A DNA stretch of 64,000 nucleotides, from contig OZ037766.1 of the NCBI GenBank assembly GCA_964035545.1, positions 29,080,640-29,144,639 on the forward strand, given 5' to 3'. Below the pieces are notes generated by a model that saw only the letters and a list, made by a program, of their open reading frames with translations, ran no database searches and was not told the DNA's origin. The DNA comes from Bugula neritina. Its lineage: Eukaryota > Animalia > Bryozoa. How positions within the stretch are numbered: position 1 is the stretch's first letter; every line of letters begins with the position of its first letter. The translations under genes and the position numbers were made by a program. Shown in pieces: positions 52,201 through 63,931 of this stretch.

Positions 52201-55200
52201 TTATAGCTTCCTTGTCATGCGGGTGGTGTGCGTGTACACCCATAGTTATCAATGGGAATTGAGGTTATTGAATGTATTAGTTGCTAATTGTTGAGATATG
52301 AACGGAAACTCGGTGAGCCAGTACCCTGTTACTATGTTGTAAAGTATGTCATTGTAGGCTTGTATAGTGTCAGTTGGTATGACAAATTATACAGTACCTG
52401 TTTGATTTATTTCTCCTTATATTCATGAATGCCAGTTATTTCAATATATGACTGATTATAACCAAATACAGCCAACTAAGATAGCCTGAAAAGTCACTAA
52501 GTTGTAATTATTTTACAATAATTTTTTTTGCTGTTTTGTTGTAAGAGTAAAATGAATAGTTTGTGTAAAAACATGTTTTTCTGAGATATTAAAACGTTGC
52601 TGCTGGTTCAAATCAATTTGCAGTGTTTCTATATTCCCTAACCAAAGCTAACAACTAATTTTTAGTGAATTTTTACAGAAAATGAACAAAAAAGTAACTT
52701 TTCTATTTCGGTTATTGAGAATTTGAAATTATTATTTGACTTTTTATGCCGTTTTTTCAGAAACTTGAAGATAGATTCAAGTATTCTTTGAAAGCTACTC
52801 ACACCCTGACTTTGCCAATTCATTACTTATCTAAGCCTTTCATGTTCCTTTGCCTTTCATCATAACTTTCTATTGAATTGTTGTGAAATAGGAGAATGTG
52901 AAAAGATTCTCTCACTATGAAACTAGCTCTAATACAAAGAGTCATGTGACCTAACACAAAGTGTCATGTGACCTGCTTTTAACTTGTTTAGTTAAACCTG
53001 ATCTGCCAATATTGCTGCCATAATAGCCTCATATATGTTGTTTCACAAAGTCAAAAACATGTTTGGTATTTTCTTAGCAAGTGGGGATTGCAGCTAATAA
53101 AACATTTGGTAAGCTGTAGGCACCTGAATTGTAGCATTTTACTGTGATATACATGTAGAGTTTTGCCGTAGATCTAACTCTATAGAAGTTTAAGCTGTAC
53201 GGAATTCTAAGCAAGATAAGCATAAATTGTGTTTTTTCCTTCTCAAACTAAAACTTGCAAGTCAAAAAAAGTTTTGATAATCAAATTTATTATTAGCATA
53301 ACTTTCAGTTACTATTCTGAGATGCAGTGCACTGCAAACTAATGGAGCCGTCAATTTGTCTAAGATGCGCTACATTTATTAATAGATATTTGAATGTCAA
53401 ATGCCTGCTATAAAGTTTCACCTTGTTGTACAAAAAGCTGACTCTTATAAAGGTGCTTGTCTCTAATAGTCGCTTAGGCCTAAACCACAAAAGGTGTGGT
53501 GTTGTATTACTATGCCTACATTATCACAATCGCTTCACACCTCCTATTGTCGTAAGCAAGCCTATTATAGACACTGGACACTTGACACAACCAACTATCA
53601 GATAAAACTTGCTCAGTCTTGCTGGTTGTTAGACATAACTATAATCACAGAGCTTGTTATCTTCTTTTAATAAAAAGAGTATCATTATTTGCAGCATCTT
53701 GCACAGTGAATATCATTTTATATTTCTATATACAAAACTTTAAATATACAACTATATCACAGAGTCGCTTCGATGTAGGGTGTGTAACTATTCAGAATTA
53801 TAGAGCAATGTACAAAATAAAAAAATAATTTAATAACTATCATAAAATATTTATAATAAAAGATTTCAGGCTAAGTTGTCTCTATTTTACCAACTTCTCT
53901 GTAAAGTTTGTCTGCAATGTGTTCACCAGCTCCCTCTCTTAACTCATCTAAACATTGCTCACGTTTCAATTCTAATGTTCTCAGTCGGAGTCGTCTATCC
54001 TTTCTTCTCTGCTCTCGATCTTTAATGTCCAACTTACTAATGTTCTCTGAAATTCCTGCCGTATTCGTTTCACTGTGAAGATATTTTTTCCTATACTCAC
54101 TGCTAGCCTCTCGACAGCTTGCACTACGTCGTACATGGGCATCTATTGCCGTCTTCAACTCTCCCATTATATCCGCTGTGTTACTTCTTGTGTACTGTCG
54201 TTGGGAGTTATTCCTATGGAGTTTATTATGATTTCTTTCTGGTTTTACATCTAGTATCTGTTGTGATGTAATATCCTGCAGAATGTCATATTTAGTTGAT
54301 TGAGGAATTTCAGATGAAGAGGTTTGTTTGTAAGCTTGAGGTAGGTTTGCCTGAGTATCCGTGTTCTGTGTGTTTGAAGTATGGGCGTTGTCTGCTTCTG
54401 TCTCGGAATCAGAACTTTTCTCTAGACACCCACACTGGGAGCTGCATTCATGGTGATCGCCGTTACAGTCCGCTGGGCAGTTGGAGTCACACTCTAATTC
54501 CACTTCCTGTTCAGAAAGCTGCTCGTCGTCGCATGAGGCTTCATCTTCGGACAGTTCAATGATCTCTTCGTCCGTGCAGCTTTGTTCATTGTCTGAATCT
54601 GGTGGACAGTCTGATTCAGACTCGACTTCTGAATCGTAATGATTGTTATTTTCTATGTCGGAGTTTGTGCTTTCTGGTATACTGCCGTCTTCTTCATCTG
54701 AACTAGCCTCGTTTTCATACTCTACTTCACTGTGATCGCATTCCGAGTCACAATAGTGCACATTCTCATCCTCTAAAAATAGAAAGATATATGAGTGTTA
54801 GCATTATGTCACAGCATTCAGTATCTAATTAACTGGGGGTTCCAGTTATTCTAAGCTCTAATTTTTTCCGCAATTCATAAAAAGTTAAAACTGATGAACA
54901 AACACTATTTAGCCCTTTGAAAAGGAAAAGTAGCATATAATTTAAACACTCAAATGTATGGCTGCGATAATACAAGTTTGCCCCTAACTTCTGTCACCTG
55001 CATTCTATTTCCTCTCTCATAAATTCCTACATTTAAGGGGTTTTTTGGAGTAAAGAATTGCATTCATTTTGACATAAACCTGATGCTGAAGTAGGTAATC
55101 ATAGAAGTTCTTACCACCTGATTCCTCCCCATCAGTTCCATCTCCCTCCGAATCCATTTCCTCTTCTTCTGCTTCCTGTTCTTCATCAGCCGAGTATTCC

Positions 55201-58200
55201 ACGTCACTCACCTCAATGACATCTTCTATCACTCCTGTAGCAGCTTTCTCCTCTGCTAATATCCCTTCACTGGCCGACACCAAACTCATATCTGAGTCTT
55301 CATCAATATGTGGCAAATCTGACTGTCGGTTTGCCCTTGGGCTGCTGTGTTTAGAAGATGCTTCATTTTCTGCGGCGTCACAATACTCTGAGTCAGATTC
55401 TTCAGATGTGTATCCAGCAGAGCTGTGACGGTCTGTACGCCTGGCTGGAACTGGGGGTCCTTCGCAGGAGTCATTTTGTCTGTTGTTTACCAAAGTGTAG
55501 TTGTGAGGTAGTCCACTGCCCATGGAGGCTGGTACAATATATTCTGTGCCAGAGTCTGCATGCTTACTGGATCCGCAGAATACAGTAGACAGCGCTGACA
55601 CCACGCTACCCATGGCTGACCTCTCCCTACTAGTGTCACTAAGCTTAGTGTTTCTGTGTTGGCTGGACTCACCCACTCTGGTTAAATGATGCGATGAATA
55701 CTGGTTACTACTCATGTTCCGAGATTACAATAATACACTTGAATAAATTCTACATCAGTTAGCATAAATACAATACCTTGAAATATTATTTCAACTAGCA
55801 GACAATGTTTGTTTTTGTATTAATCCATGATTAGTTTAGCGAAAAGAATGGGTTATGCTTGCAGGTTAGAGTTAATCAGTGCATCAGTTCTTTATTTTGG
55901 TCCAGCAGTTTCAATTCTTTCCGGCCACCACCCTGCCGTATTGTGTATGTGTAATGTCTCAACCCAGTCTTTTCTCTTCTTTAATGTCACAGCGTCACAA
56001 TGTCTCCATTTCAAATTATTTTCGTCACGTTTGTTGAACTATTTTAAATTTTCTTGTAATGCTGCCAGAATTTTCTCTCTCAACTGCTGCCTGCTGCTGG
56101 TTTACTCTGTGTTTAAATGCTGAGTACTAAATGCAGACAGCTTCTCTCACCTCAGCATATCAAATAAGGTGGTCAGTTAGAACTACAAAGGTATAAGCTG
56201 TTATAAAGTGGGCGGTCCTTAACCCACATTGCATAAACGCATTGTTTCTAAGAGATTGTACAGTGTATCAATTGATTTGGACTTGTTATGTTCACAGAGT
56301 AATACTATCCCTTTCAGTAATCTGACTCTACCTGCTTTATGTTACATAATTTTTCCATATAGTAACAATATCTTTATGCAATATAGAAATAACTAATATG
56401 AATGACTCGTTTATTTTGTTACGTATGTAAGGAGGTGTTTGTTTGACCACAGCTGCACCAACTTGTGTATCTACCTCGAGTGCTTGCTCACTCACCTTTA
56501 TCTCAAAGTATCTATTCTCATTAATTAACTTCAGCTACTCAAATAAGTTAAAGTGGCTCTAATAGTAATTATTACTAAATTATATTTATTTATTCATTTA
56601 CGCTACTTTTACTTTGTCTAACTGGACAATCTTGATTATAACCAAGTGGTTTTGAAACAGTTTCATAGAGGCACTAAATAAAATATATGACCTATAGAAT
56701 TGAGTAAATACGTTTTAAAGTATTTGATCTAGGAGATATAATTTTTGTGTACTTTACTAGAATGTTTTCATGTATTTAATATATTGGATTTTATCATATG
56801 TAGGAATTGTATTTCAACCAATGAAAGTCTAACAAATTAATTATATTAGTATGGGCAACTTTAGTTTCTGTAAGCTCTGTAATATTTTTACAGCTGTATG
56901 TTGCTTTAATATTTTTTAATATATATTTTCCTGTACAGTATATAGCACTACCAGTGTTATACTTGTTATATTCAATCTTGTTTATTACAAAGTTGTTTTG
57001 CTGTGTAACAGCGTAATCTGATATATATTGTATAATTTTGCATTGCCTTTTAGGAATTGATATTTATATCTCATTTCAAAGTTTACATTTATTTTTAATA
57101 ATAATTTTCAAAACAGAAAGTTTAATATTTCACTACCCAATTCTAATCCAAATCATTTTATCCAATTGGCTAGAGCCATGGGAACATACCTGTTGCTTAG
57201 TAAAGCATGGCTTATCATAACAATCAAGTGAAAGTGTAATAGACTGCCTTGTTTATACAATTCTAATCGCTGCCCAATCTGTAAAGAGTTGCTTAACTTA
57301 AGCTGAATACCCAGTCAGTTAGTTTGACTTTTCTATGTTCAGAGTCATGTCAAGAATTTTCTCAAGTCTTGAGTTATTTTGTCAGGTGGTTTCTGCTTCC
57401 TCTCATGGCATTGATTTCTCACTATCTCAGGTGTTTCCCTGTCTGGTATGTTCTCCACCATCTCAGGTGTTTTCCTGTCTGGTATGTCCTCCATCTCAGG
57501 TGTTTCCCTGCCTGGTATGTCCACCACTATCTCAGGTGTTTCCCTGCCTGGTATGTTCTCCATCTCAGGTGTTTCTCTGTCTGGTATGTCCACCGGCAAG
57601 CTGAGTGTTCCCTTGTCTAGTATTTCCACCACCATGCTGGGTTTTCCTATTTCTCAAACTTGCTCAGTTTTAAGCAGATAGTGGACACTAGAAGTCATGG
57701 TGGACTGTTAGCCTAGGGCCACACTGTGCGTATTTTCGCATGCGAAAATTAAAATCACAAGTAGCAAAGGTGTCCACTGTAACGTCAGTGATGCGTGATA
57801 AATACAGCTTTCATTTTTAAATAGCACTTGCTTTCAATAAGACGCAATTTACTGGAATATAGCACTAAATAAAGAAATTGGGCTCGCTGAATAACTACCA
57901 GCCAATTAGGTGACGACGACAGAGACGATTCGCACTTGCGTTGAAAATGCAGAGCGACAAGTGCGAATGTTTTCTCAACTTGCACAGTGGACACCTTTGC
58001 TACTTGTGATTTCAATTTTCGCATGCGAAAATACGCACCGTGTGGCCCTAGGCTTACTCTGCTATTGTTGGCACATTTGAGTTTAGGTTAGCTTCAGTGG
58101 TCCTGCTTGATTGCTAGAAATAGTAATATTGAATAAAAATCAGAAACTCCCACCGGGAAGGTGTAAGCTCAGGGGAATCCTAGTAACCTGGTTGAGTGGA

Positions 58201-61200
58201 GTGGAATAGGAAGAATGAAAGAGGTTTTGCTGCTGTCAAGATTGATGATGTTCTCAATCAATATGCTGACCTATTTAGTGTACTCTGTGTTAACACTTTG
58301 TTTTCAATTTTCTTCTATCAAGGTTTTTCACCTCCTATGGCTGCATAACACAGAGTGTGGAGCAGGTGTTAGTGCTGTGTGGAGATGTGATATTTATAGG
58401 CCACATGTGTTAAAGATACACATATATAAATATTTATAAACCAAGTGTGGGGCAATATCCATGACTACTTGCATTTTCTTTCAAACTTTGTATAGTATGT
58501 TAGAGTAGTGAGTATCTATGCATAACCTGGTAGGAGGCTCTGTATAAACTGCTTCGATTTTAGCCTCAGTTCTAGAACCTGATTTTAGTCATACTTAGGC
58601 TGTCTGTACGCCCTCTTATTACTGGTACATTGCTAAGCTCTATGACCTGTGGTGGCTTGTTGAAAATAGAGTATAATACTAAGTAGAAAGTTGCTGGGCC
58701 AGTTGTTGCCTATCTACTAGCAGTAGGACATTGTTTAAACAATCTAGTCTAGTATATATAGCTGAGGTTGGTAGTTCTAAAATCACAAGGCTGGCTATAT
58801 TCGCTAGCTATCTGAGCTCAATTGCTTAAAGAATCTCTGACACACTTTATTTATGTAGTATTAAAATTTTCATATCCATCTTAGCTATCATCTGCAGGCT
58901 GTTTGAGTGTTGTGCGCTCTTACAATTTTGTGTTTTAATGAATTTTGTTCAAACATGTCTTAAATTAATTTGGGATTTCTCACCGCTTGCTTTCAGTAGG
59001 CTCGAAATATACTATTATTATTATTATTATAAAATTAATAGTAATTATAGCTGACTTTCATTACATGCTATTCTTAGCTGCTGCAATACACAACTTAATC
59101 AATGAGCTGTCTTGAATGTTCAAAGTTTAAGGGTTGAATTCAAGACAAGTTTGTGCAAAAGTTATCATAAAACAAAATTATTTGAGCACACAACCCCCAA
59201 ACACTATGTCAATGATAGCTAATATGAATATTTTAACACTGCATATATGAGGTTTTCTCAGAGATGCTTTAATTTTAAAACTCAGTTAATTGTAGAAGCA
59301 GGCATTGCTCTTATAGCCCGAAGGGGAATTCCTTAGCATCATCTACGCTGACACTAATCACATAGGAAAAAATAGAATGATTTGGTGCCTTGACTTTATC
59401 ATGGCTGTGTATTCAACATTATTTTATCCTTTGTGTACAATGTCACGAGATATTCATAATATTCAATGAACATGGCGCTACTGATAGTATCAATACTGCC
59501 TAGTGACGCATATTAGACGGAAATGCTACCTGATATAAGCTACTTTGTTTTGTCGTAGGTTTTTTCTCCTGCATGTATTATGTTGAGGTGAACAGTTCAG
59601 AAACATGAGAGATGTTTTCGTGTATTTTTTGTGTTGATTATTAGCCACCCCCTCTCTCCATATCTCTGAATAATTCAGTAATTGTTACTCTAAGCGTTTA
59701 CTTTTAGTTATTCTTTTCTATATTTATTTTCTGCTATCACTTTAATGTAGATATGGGTGAAAAAAGTTGACATATAAATAAGCTGCCTTTGAACTGGGAT
59801 GAAAGCACTAGGCACCAGTTCTTCCATTTGTTGACATTAAGTGTTAACGTAATGTAATATTATAATCCTTCACTGATAAAGCAATGCACTGGTACCTGAG
59901 ACTCTGTAGCTCAGGGCTAAACAAGGTCACTATTATCATCTCTCTTATGATGCTAAACCTTTGAGAAGTGTAACTTTTACATCTCAATGTGCTGTAAATT
60001 TTTATGACACGTTTAAAGTGTCAATTTCATGAATGTTAATAGCAAGTACTTGCAAGTGACCTGGTAAAACAGTACTTGATAGTTAGATAGGCAAGGAATT
60101 TTATACATTGACTACCCTGTTTTAGTTGCCAGTGTGTTGGCATAAATCTATGGAACCTTAACTGGAATCATAACATTTATCTGTCAGACCTAAAGTTTGA
60201 GAGATTTCATTCTTAAGTTTATATTATTTGTATTATATTTATCTTAAATACATTAGATTTGTCTTCTCTTTTTCAACAACTTGTTTATATGTAATCTAAT
60301 TCCATAACTTTATTCACATTCAATATGATTTCATCGGCTGGTAGATTCGCTATTAATAAAATATAAAACTAGTATTCAGAATTAAGCTGTTTGTTTATGT
60401 GTTGTTTGTCATAGTTTTTGTTTTTGTTTTTCTGTTAGAAGTCTCTGCAAATTACATCACTCCGGCAATCTCTCCGATATCAGTGACAGGAAGTGGCCTC
60501 CATATTGCCGAAGAATCTAAGAGGGCGTCATTTCTCATCAACCCGTTTGGCCAGGCTGGTCAGCCAAGTGTACGGATAGAAGGTTTGTTCCAAGTTTTAC
60601 GTTCCTCTGAGTTCGATGCCATACGACTGCAGCTACCGAACTTCATTGTGTGTTGTTAGGTTTACAATACTAAATATCTTGTCAATTAAACTAAGGAGTT
60701 GTCCACTCATCGCCGCAGTTGAATTATTGACATGCTCTGGGCTTCATCAGCTGATGTTTCTACTGGAACCTTCTTTGACCATTTGGCATACTATCAAGGC
60801 GGTACGTTATCAAACATGCCCTTTTATAATGCTAGGTCCTCACTCTATAGCCAAGACTAACATACAGCCGGTAGACTCTGCTGAAGGAAGGAGGTATGAA
60901 GTGACGTACGTACCTGTAGAGACAGGTATATACAATGCCTACGTCATGTGGAATGACAGAGACATCGAAGGTATTGTTGCTACAGTCGGTCTTGAAAGAA
61001 CTACTCCACATGTAGAAAAATATATTGGCGTTGACTTTTCACATGAAACCAGCAAAGAAAATGTTTACTAAAGTAACCTGATGTAATGATGTAGTTTCCT
61101 GTGATTTAACAGGAGAAGACAATTGCCTACTGCATGTAGTTTCCTATAGAGACAGAGAGGGAATAACTCCATGTAGTATTTTATTTAGATAGAGGAGATA

Positions 61201-63720
61201 ACTCCGTGTAACTGTTGTATACTGCAGGCAGCCCGTACCATCCCAGAGTTGTGGACTCTAAGATGGTGAAGCTAGACGGAGACTGGTACTCTCATGTGGA
61301 TGAGGAAGGAATACTCTCTCTCCAGGCGTCTCAGAATAAACGCCTTCTGTTTGACGTCAGCAGAGCTGGGCCAGGTATAGCTACGCAGCAGACTCTCTCC
61401 GTTTCTCACCGATTCTTATCAGATCCATTTTGGTCCTGCACACAGCAGACCAACATCATTATGTTGTTACAGTTACAACTAGCTAAGTGTGTTGCTTTTA
61501 CTGAATGTATTTTTATGGCTGAAGTTTTCATTTCTTGTTTGGTGAAATAAGATGATTTGTATGGACAGCTAGTTATTAGTTTATACTAGCAGATAAAGAA
61601 AAATTAAAAATTTGTACATACAATGAGAGCTCTTGGTTATATACAGAGTAGTTAGCTATATCTAGACGAGTATGTTTCAAGGTGAACTAAAGGTGACTGG
61701 CAGGCACTTAGCCTCAGGCTCACCTCTGCAGTGCACAGTATCGGAGAAAGATGTCTATCACTACTGGGTAGATATTGTAGCCAGTGAACCTGGTGATGCT
61801 TCCATAGATGTTGAGTGGAGTGGCTTCCCCATCCCTAAATCACCCATCAGGTTTGATTATGTACTATGTCTACTTTTACTCTATAGTATTCTAATGGAAC
61901 TTCATAGATAGTTAAGTTGTGGTGGTATAAATTGTTTGGTTTTAATTTGATCATAATTAATTTTAATTTTATTATTATTAATTTAATTATATTTTTAGTT
62001 TTATTTGTTTAATGAATGAAAATGGTATATTCAAATGTAATGAACAAAGTGTGTTCTATATATGCAGTCATATATTATGTATGCTATATATGCAGTCATA
62101 TATATATATATATATATATATGCTATATATGCAGCCATATAGTATATATGCTATATATGCAGTGATGCATGCACTAAGATATTCTCTGCAGGGCTGCTGT
62201 GGTTGCGTCTGCTAGAGCTACGAACGGCCATGTTGCCAGACCTCCGCAGGTTGTACTCAGTGGGTTCGGTTTAGAGTCTGCAGTAGTCAACAAAGTAGCT
62301 GAGTTCTACATAGATGGAAGTCAGGCTGATAAAGGTGAGGGGGCGGTAACTAAAAATATGATATTTCTAACTTGAGTATTTGCTAAGTTGACTTTCTGAT
62401 CAGTTATTATACTATTGGAAAGTTTGACTCTTGATTCAAAAATATTGATTTTTTAGTAATGTGACCACACTTATGTAGTGTAATGTTCTATTTTATTGCA
62501 TATTATATTCTATTCTATTAAATATTGTATTCTATTATATTTTATTCACTAATTCTTCTACTGAAGGTGTTACAGGAATTAGAATAATTATCTCATTGCA
62601 GGCTCTCCAGGAGTAATACTTACCAACTCCAGACTACAGAATTTGCAGACGAACATTGTAGCTGTTGGTGAGAGTGAATACAGATGCAGTTATACTGTCC
62701 CGGAGTCTGGTAGGTTTTATTATTCTATACGTCTTAAACTTGTACATGTAGACTGGTAGGTCTTATTATTCTATACGTCTTAGACTTGCACATGTAGACT
62801 GGTAGGTTATAGTTCCATCAGTGTTCTATACGTCGTAGACTGACAAATATAGAGTTTAATACTTTGGATTTTTTTTGTTTTTTACTTATTATTCATGTTG
62901 TTTGTTTTCTGAGTGAACTGACATTTGGCTTTTTTTTAAAAAACTGTTAAAGTTGTTGATTTTATTACTAAATATTATTATAAAAATTTAGCTATTATCT
63001 TATTTTGTGTTAAATTACAGAAGGCTTATTTTCAAATTAATTTTTCAAAATTTTAATCCATAGTTTTAAATTAAATTTTAATTGTAATTTTCACTATTTA
63101 GGTTAATTTTAAAATTCTATCATTTTAGGAAAGTGAAATGAACCCCCCTCCCTCCCTTATACAGCGTCCTATGTCAATGTTGGTCCTATGTCAATGTTGC
63201 ATTTCAGTTTTGACAACATATCAATTACCATGCTATAGTAAATCTCAGCTATGCTTGTGTCAACATTTTGCTTATATTTAGAATGCATTGTTTGGTGTTC
63301 TTCAGGCATATATATGTTACACGTCAACTGGAGTGGAAATGACCTTCAAGGGTCACCATTTTCTGTCACAGCTCTGGATGGGAACTCCACTGTGTCCTCC
63401 AGGACTTCAGGTTAGCACTCTACACTTTGTCTTATTAGACGCCATCTCCACATTAACATAGTTGGTGTATAATGTGTATGTGTATATTATGTACAGCTGT
63501 AGTGTTTAGTTAACATACATGTAAGTTTATATTATGTACAGCTGTTATGTTTAGTTAACAGATGTGTATTGCTTTACTCTCTTAGATGGTCCAGATAAAA
63601 TAACGGTTCGTGGAGATGGAGTATTGCCTGGCATTCTGGCCACTTATAACGGCATATTTTATGTTGATACTGAGGATGCTGGGAAGGGAGATTGTGAGGT
63701 TAAAGTTCAAGGACCGAAAG
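34216..63720 (+). CDS. jbug: Filamin, jitterbug/FLN-2 type (three N-terminal CH domains plus Ig-like filamin repeats); 3' end lies beyond the window
   Basis: Exons 34216-34348, 35000-35167, 35675-35763, 36299-36399, 36652-36717, 37107-37320, 37839-37944, 39087-39277, 39767-39934, 40498-40626, 41541-41676, 42661-42798, 43186-43272, 43969-44055, 44999-45145, 45373-45456, 46439-46570, 46786-46953, 47264-47569, 48263-48343, 48999-49142, 49449-49616, 49811-49873, 60439-60582, 60836-60970, 61228-61374, 61682-61850, 62192-62334, 62602-62709, 63306-63410, 63586-63720. CH1 WVTIQKNTFTNF/LILGLIWSYILRYQ, CH2 ITNFTTNWNNGRAL, CH3 VTNFTSDWRDGTAL. Many G-SP[F/Y] and VDxxxAG filamin repeats follow. Confidence 0.9.
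35374..35421. repeat. Perfect 19-bp inverted repeat with a 10-nt loop
   Basis: tagtaaagctctgtattgg (35374-35392) pairs with ccaatacagagctttacta (35403-35421). Confidence 0.9.
36105..36291 (+). repeat. 20-bp minisatellite (ctctgtagtatgatatgtta)n, about 9 copies
   Basis: Abuts the acceptor cattgtag (AG at 36297-36298). Almost every unit carries tgtag. Confidence 0.95.
37460..37652 (-). mobile_element. tRNA-derived SINE copy
   Basis: The reverse complement shows a B-box-like gggttcgagcccc, the core ggccattggtgacgttaggaagagcaccc and the tail ctcacagggatggtgactata. Confidence 0.75.
38744..38935 (+). mobile_element. tRNA-derived SINE, best-preserved copy
   Basis: A-box-like ctaggggttagagtg, B-box-like gggttcaatccc, core ggccattggtgttgttaagaagggcattcagtc and the shared tail. 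Confidence 0.8.
39260..39345 (+). repeat. 41-bp tandem duplication spanning a filamin splice donor
   Basis: cagcaag|gtgagctcacta occurs twice, 41 bp apart. Confidence 0.85.
41688..41792 (+). repeat. 17-bp minisatellite (tagtcacatgacctgtc)n, about 6 copies
   Basis: Direct inspection. Starts about 12 nt after the donor at 41677. Confidence 0.92.
42002..42100 (+). repeat. 23-bp minisatellite (tatttatcatacgctcatgtgtg)n, about 4 copies
   Basis: Direct inspection. Confidence 0.9.
42833..42956. mobile_element. Small foldback element / MITE-like (~124 bp, ~33-bp terminal inverted repeats)
   Basis: aattgttctataagcagctccaagttgggggtg pairs with cacccccaactcagagctgcttatagaccaatt, with 3 mismatches. 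Confidence 0.65.
45472..46364 (-). mobile_element. 5'-truncated non-LTR retrotransposon (CR1/L2-group LINE; RT C-terminus, 3' UTR and (CA)n tail) in a filamin intron
   Basis: Open frame from ~46364 to 45700: IIFKNYQNK..INDKPITAVDEVKFLGVIIDRNLNWSSHI..LYYSLIHSRLCYSIESWG..QKKIIRII..LWNKLP..FKAEL. A 3' stem-loop near 45627-45666 is followed by AATAAA and (CA)n. Confidence 0.9.
51765..52000. repeat. Pentamer microsatellite (tatag/tgtag)n
   Basis: Direct inspection. Confidence 0.92.
53871..55715 (-). CDS. Nested two-exon gene for a highly acidic, low-complexity protein (500 aa; 466 aa from Met 55613), antisense within a filamin intron
   Basis: Exon 55715-55115 (GTG|gtaaga, phase 1) joins exon 54772-53871 (ttttag|AG) in frame, giving a 1503-nt CDS in AT-rich surroundings. 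Minus-strand AATAAA signals lie near 53375 and 53287. Confidence 0.8.
57345..58110 (-). pseudogene. Decayed exon encoding 10-12-aa repeats ([ED]xIP[GD]RETPE[MI]), interrupted by a MITE
   Basis: About five 30/33/36-bp units at 57420-57593. With the MITE and one TSD removed, the frame runs QSSRTTEANLNSNVPTIAE*QSTMTSSVHYLLKTEQV*EIGKPSMVVEILDKG... from a tttctag acceptor. Confidence 0.45.
57711..58053. mobile_element. PIF/Harbinger (Tourist-like) MITE, 343 bp, 70-bp TIRs, TTA target-site duplication
   Basis: TIR 57711-57780 (gcctagggccacactgtgcg...) pairs with 57984-58053 (...cgcaccgtgtggccctaggc) with 2 mismatches. TTA is present at 57708-57710 and 58054-58056. Confidence 0.92.
58830..59268. 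mobile_element. Old TTAA-flanked MITE with long degenerate TIRs (Kolobok-like)
   Basis: TTAA|AGAATCTCTGA...TCAGAGATGCT|TTAA. Arms of ~140 bp (58830-58970 vs 59135-59268) align as inverted repeats through blocks such as atgatagctaa, caaaatt..gagc.cacaac and aatt.aagaca.gtttg. Confidence 0.6.
62058..62165 (+). repeat. Degenerate tandem repeat (atgctatatatgcagtcata..) upstream of an acceptor
   Basis: Four tatatgcag units precede the acceptor tctgcag at 62190-62191. Confidence 0.8.
62706..62810 (+). repeat. ~46-bp tandem repeat that copies a filamin splice donor
   Basis: ctg|gtaggt..attattctatacgtctta.acttg.acatgtaga is repeated, so ctggtaggt occurs three times. Confidence 0.88.
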
Positions 63721-63764
63721 GTAAGCTCTGTCCCACTAAGTCCATCCCGTTGTAGTCTAGATAG

Positions 63765-63931
63765 TATAATAGTACGTATATTAGTACGTATAATAGTACG
63801 TATTAGTACGTATTAGTACGTATATTAATACGTATATTAGTAGGTATATTAGTACGTATATTAGTACGTATATTAGTACGTATATTAGTACGTATATTAT
63901 TACGTATATTAGTACGTATATTAGTACGTAT
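63765..63931 (+). repeat. 12-bp minisatellite (tattagtacgta)n
   Basis: Direct inspection. Starts about 45 nt after the donor at 63721. Confidence 0.95.

Noticed and set aside
57651-57660. Selenocysteine or read-through at the in-frame TGA
   Set aside because: There is no recognisable SECIS or redox motif, and a second in-frame stop lies upstream. Decay is the simpler explanation.
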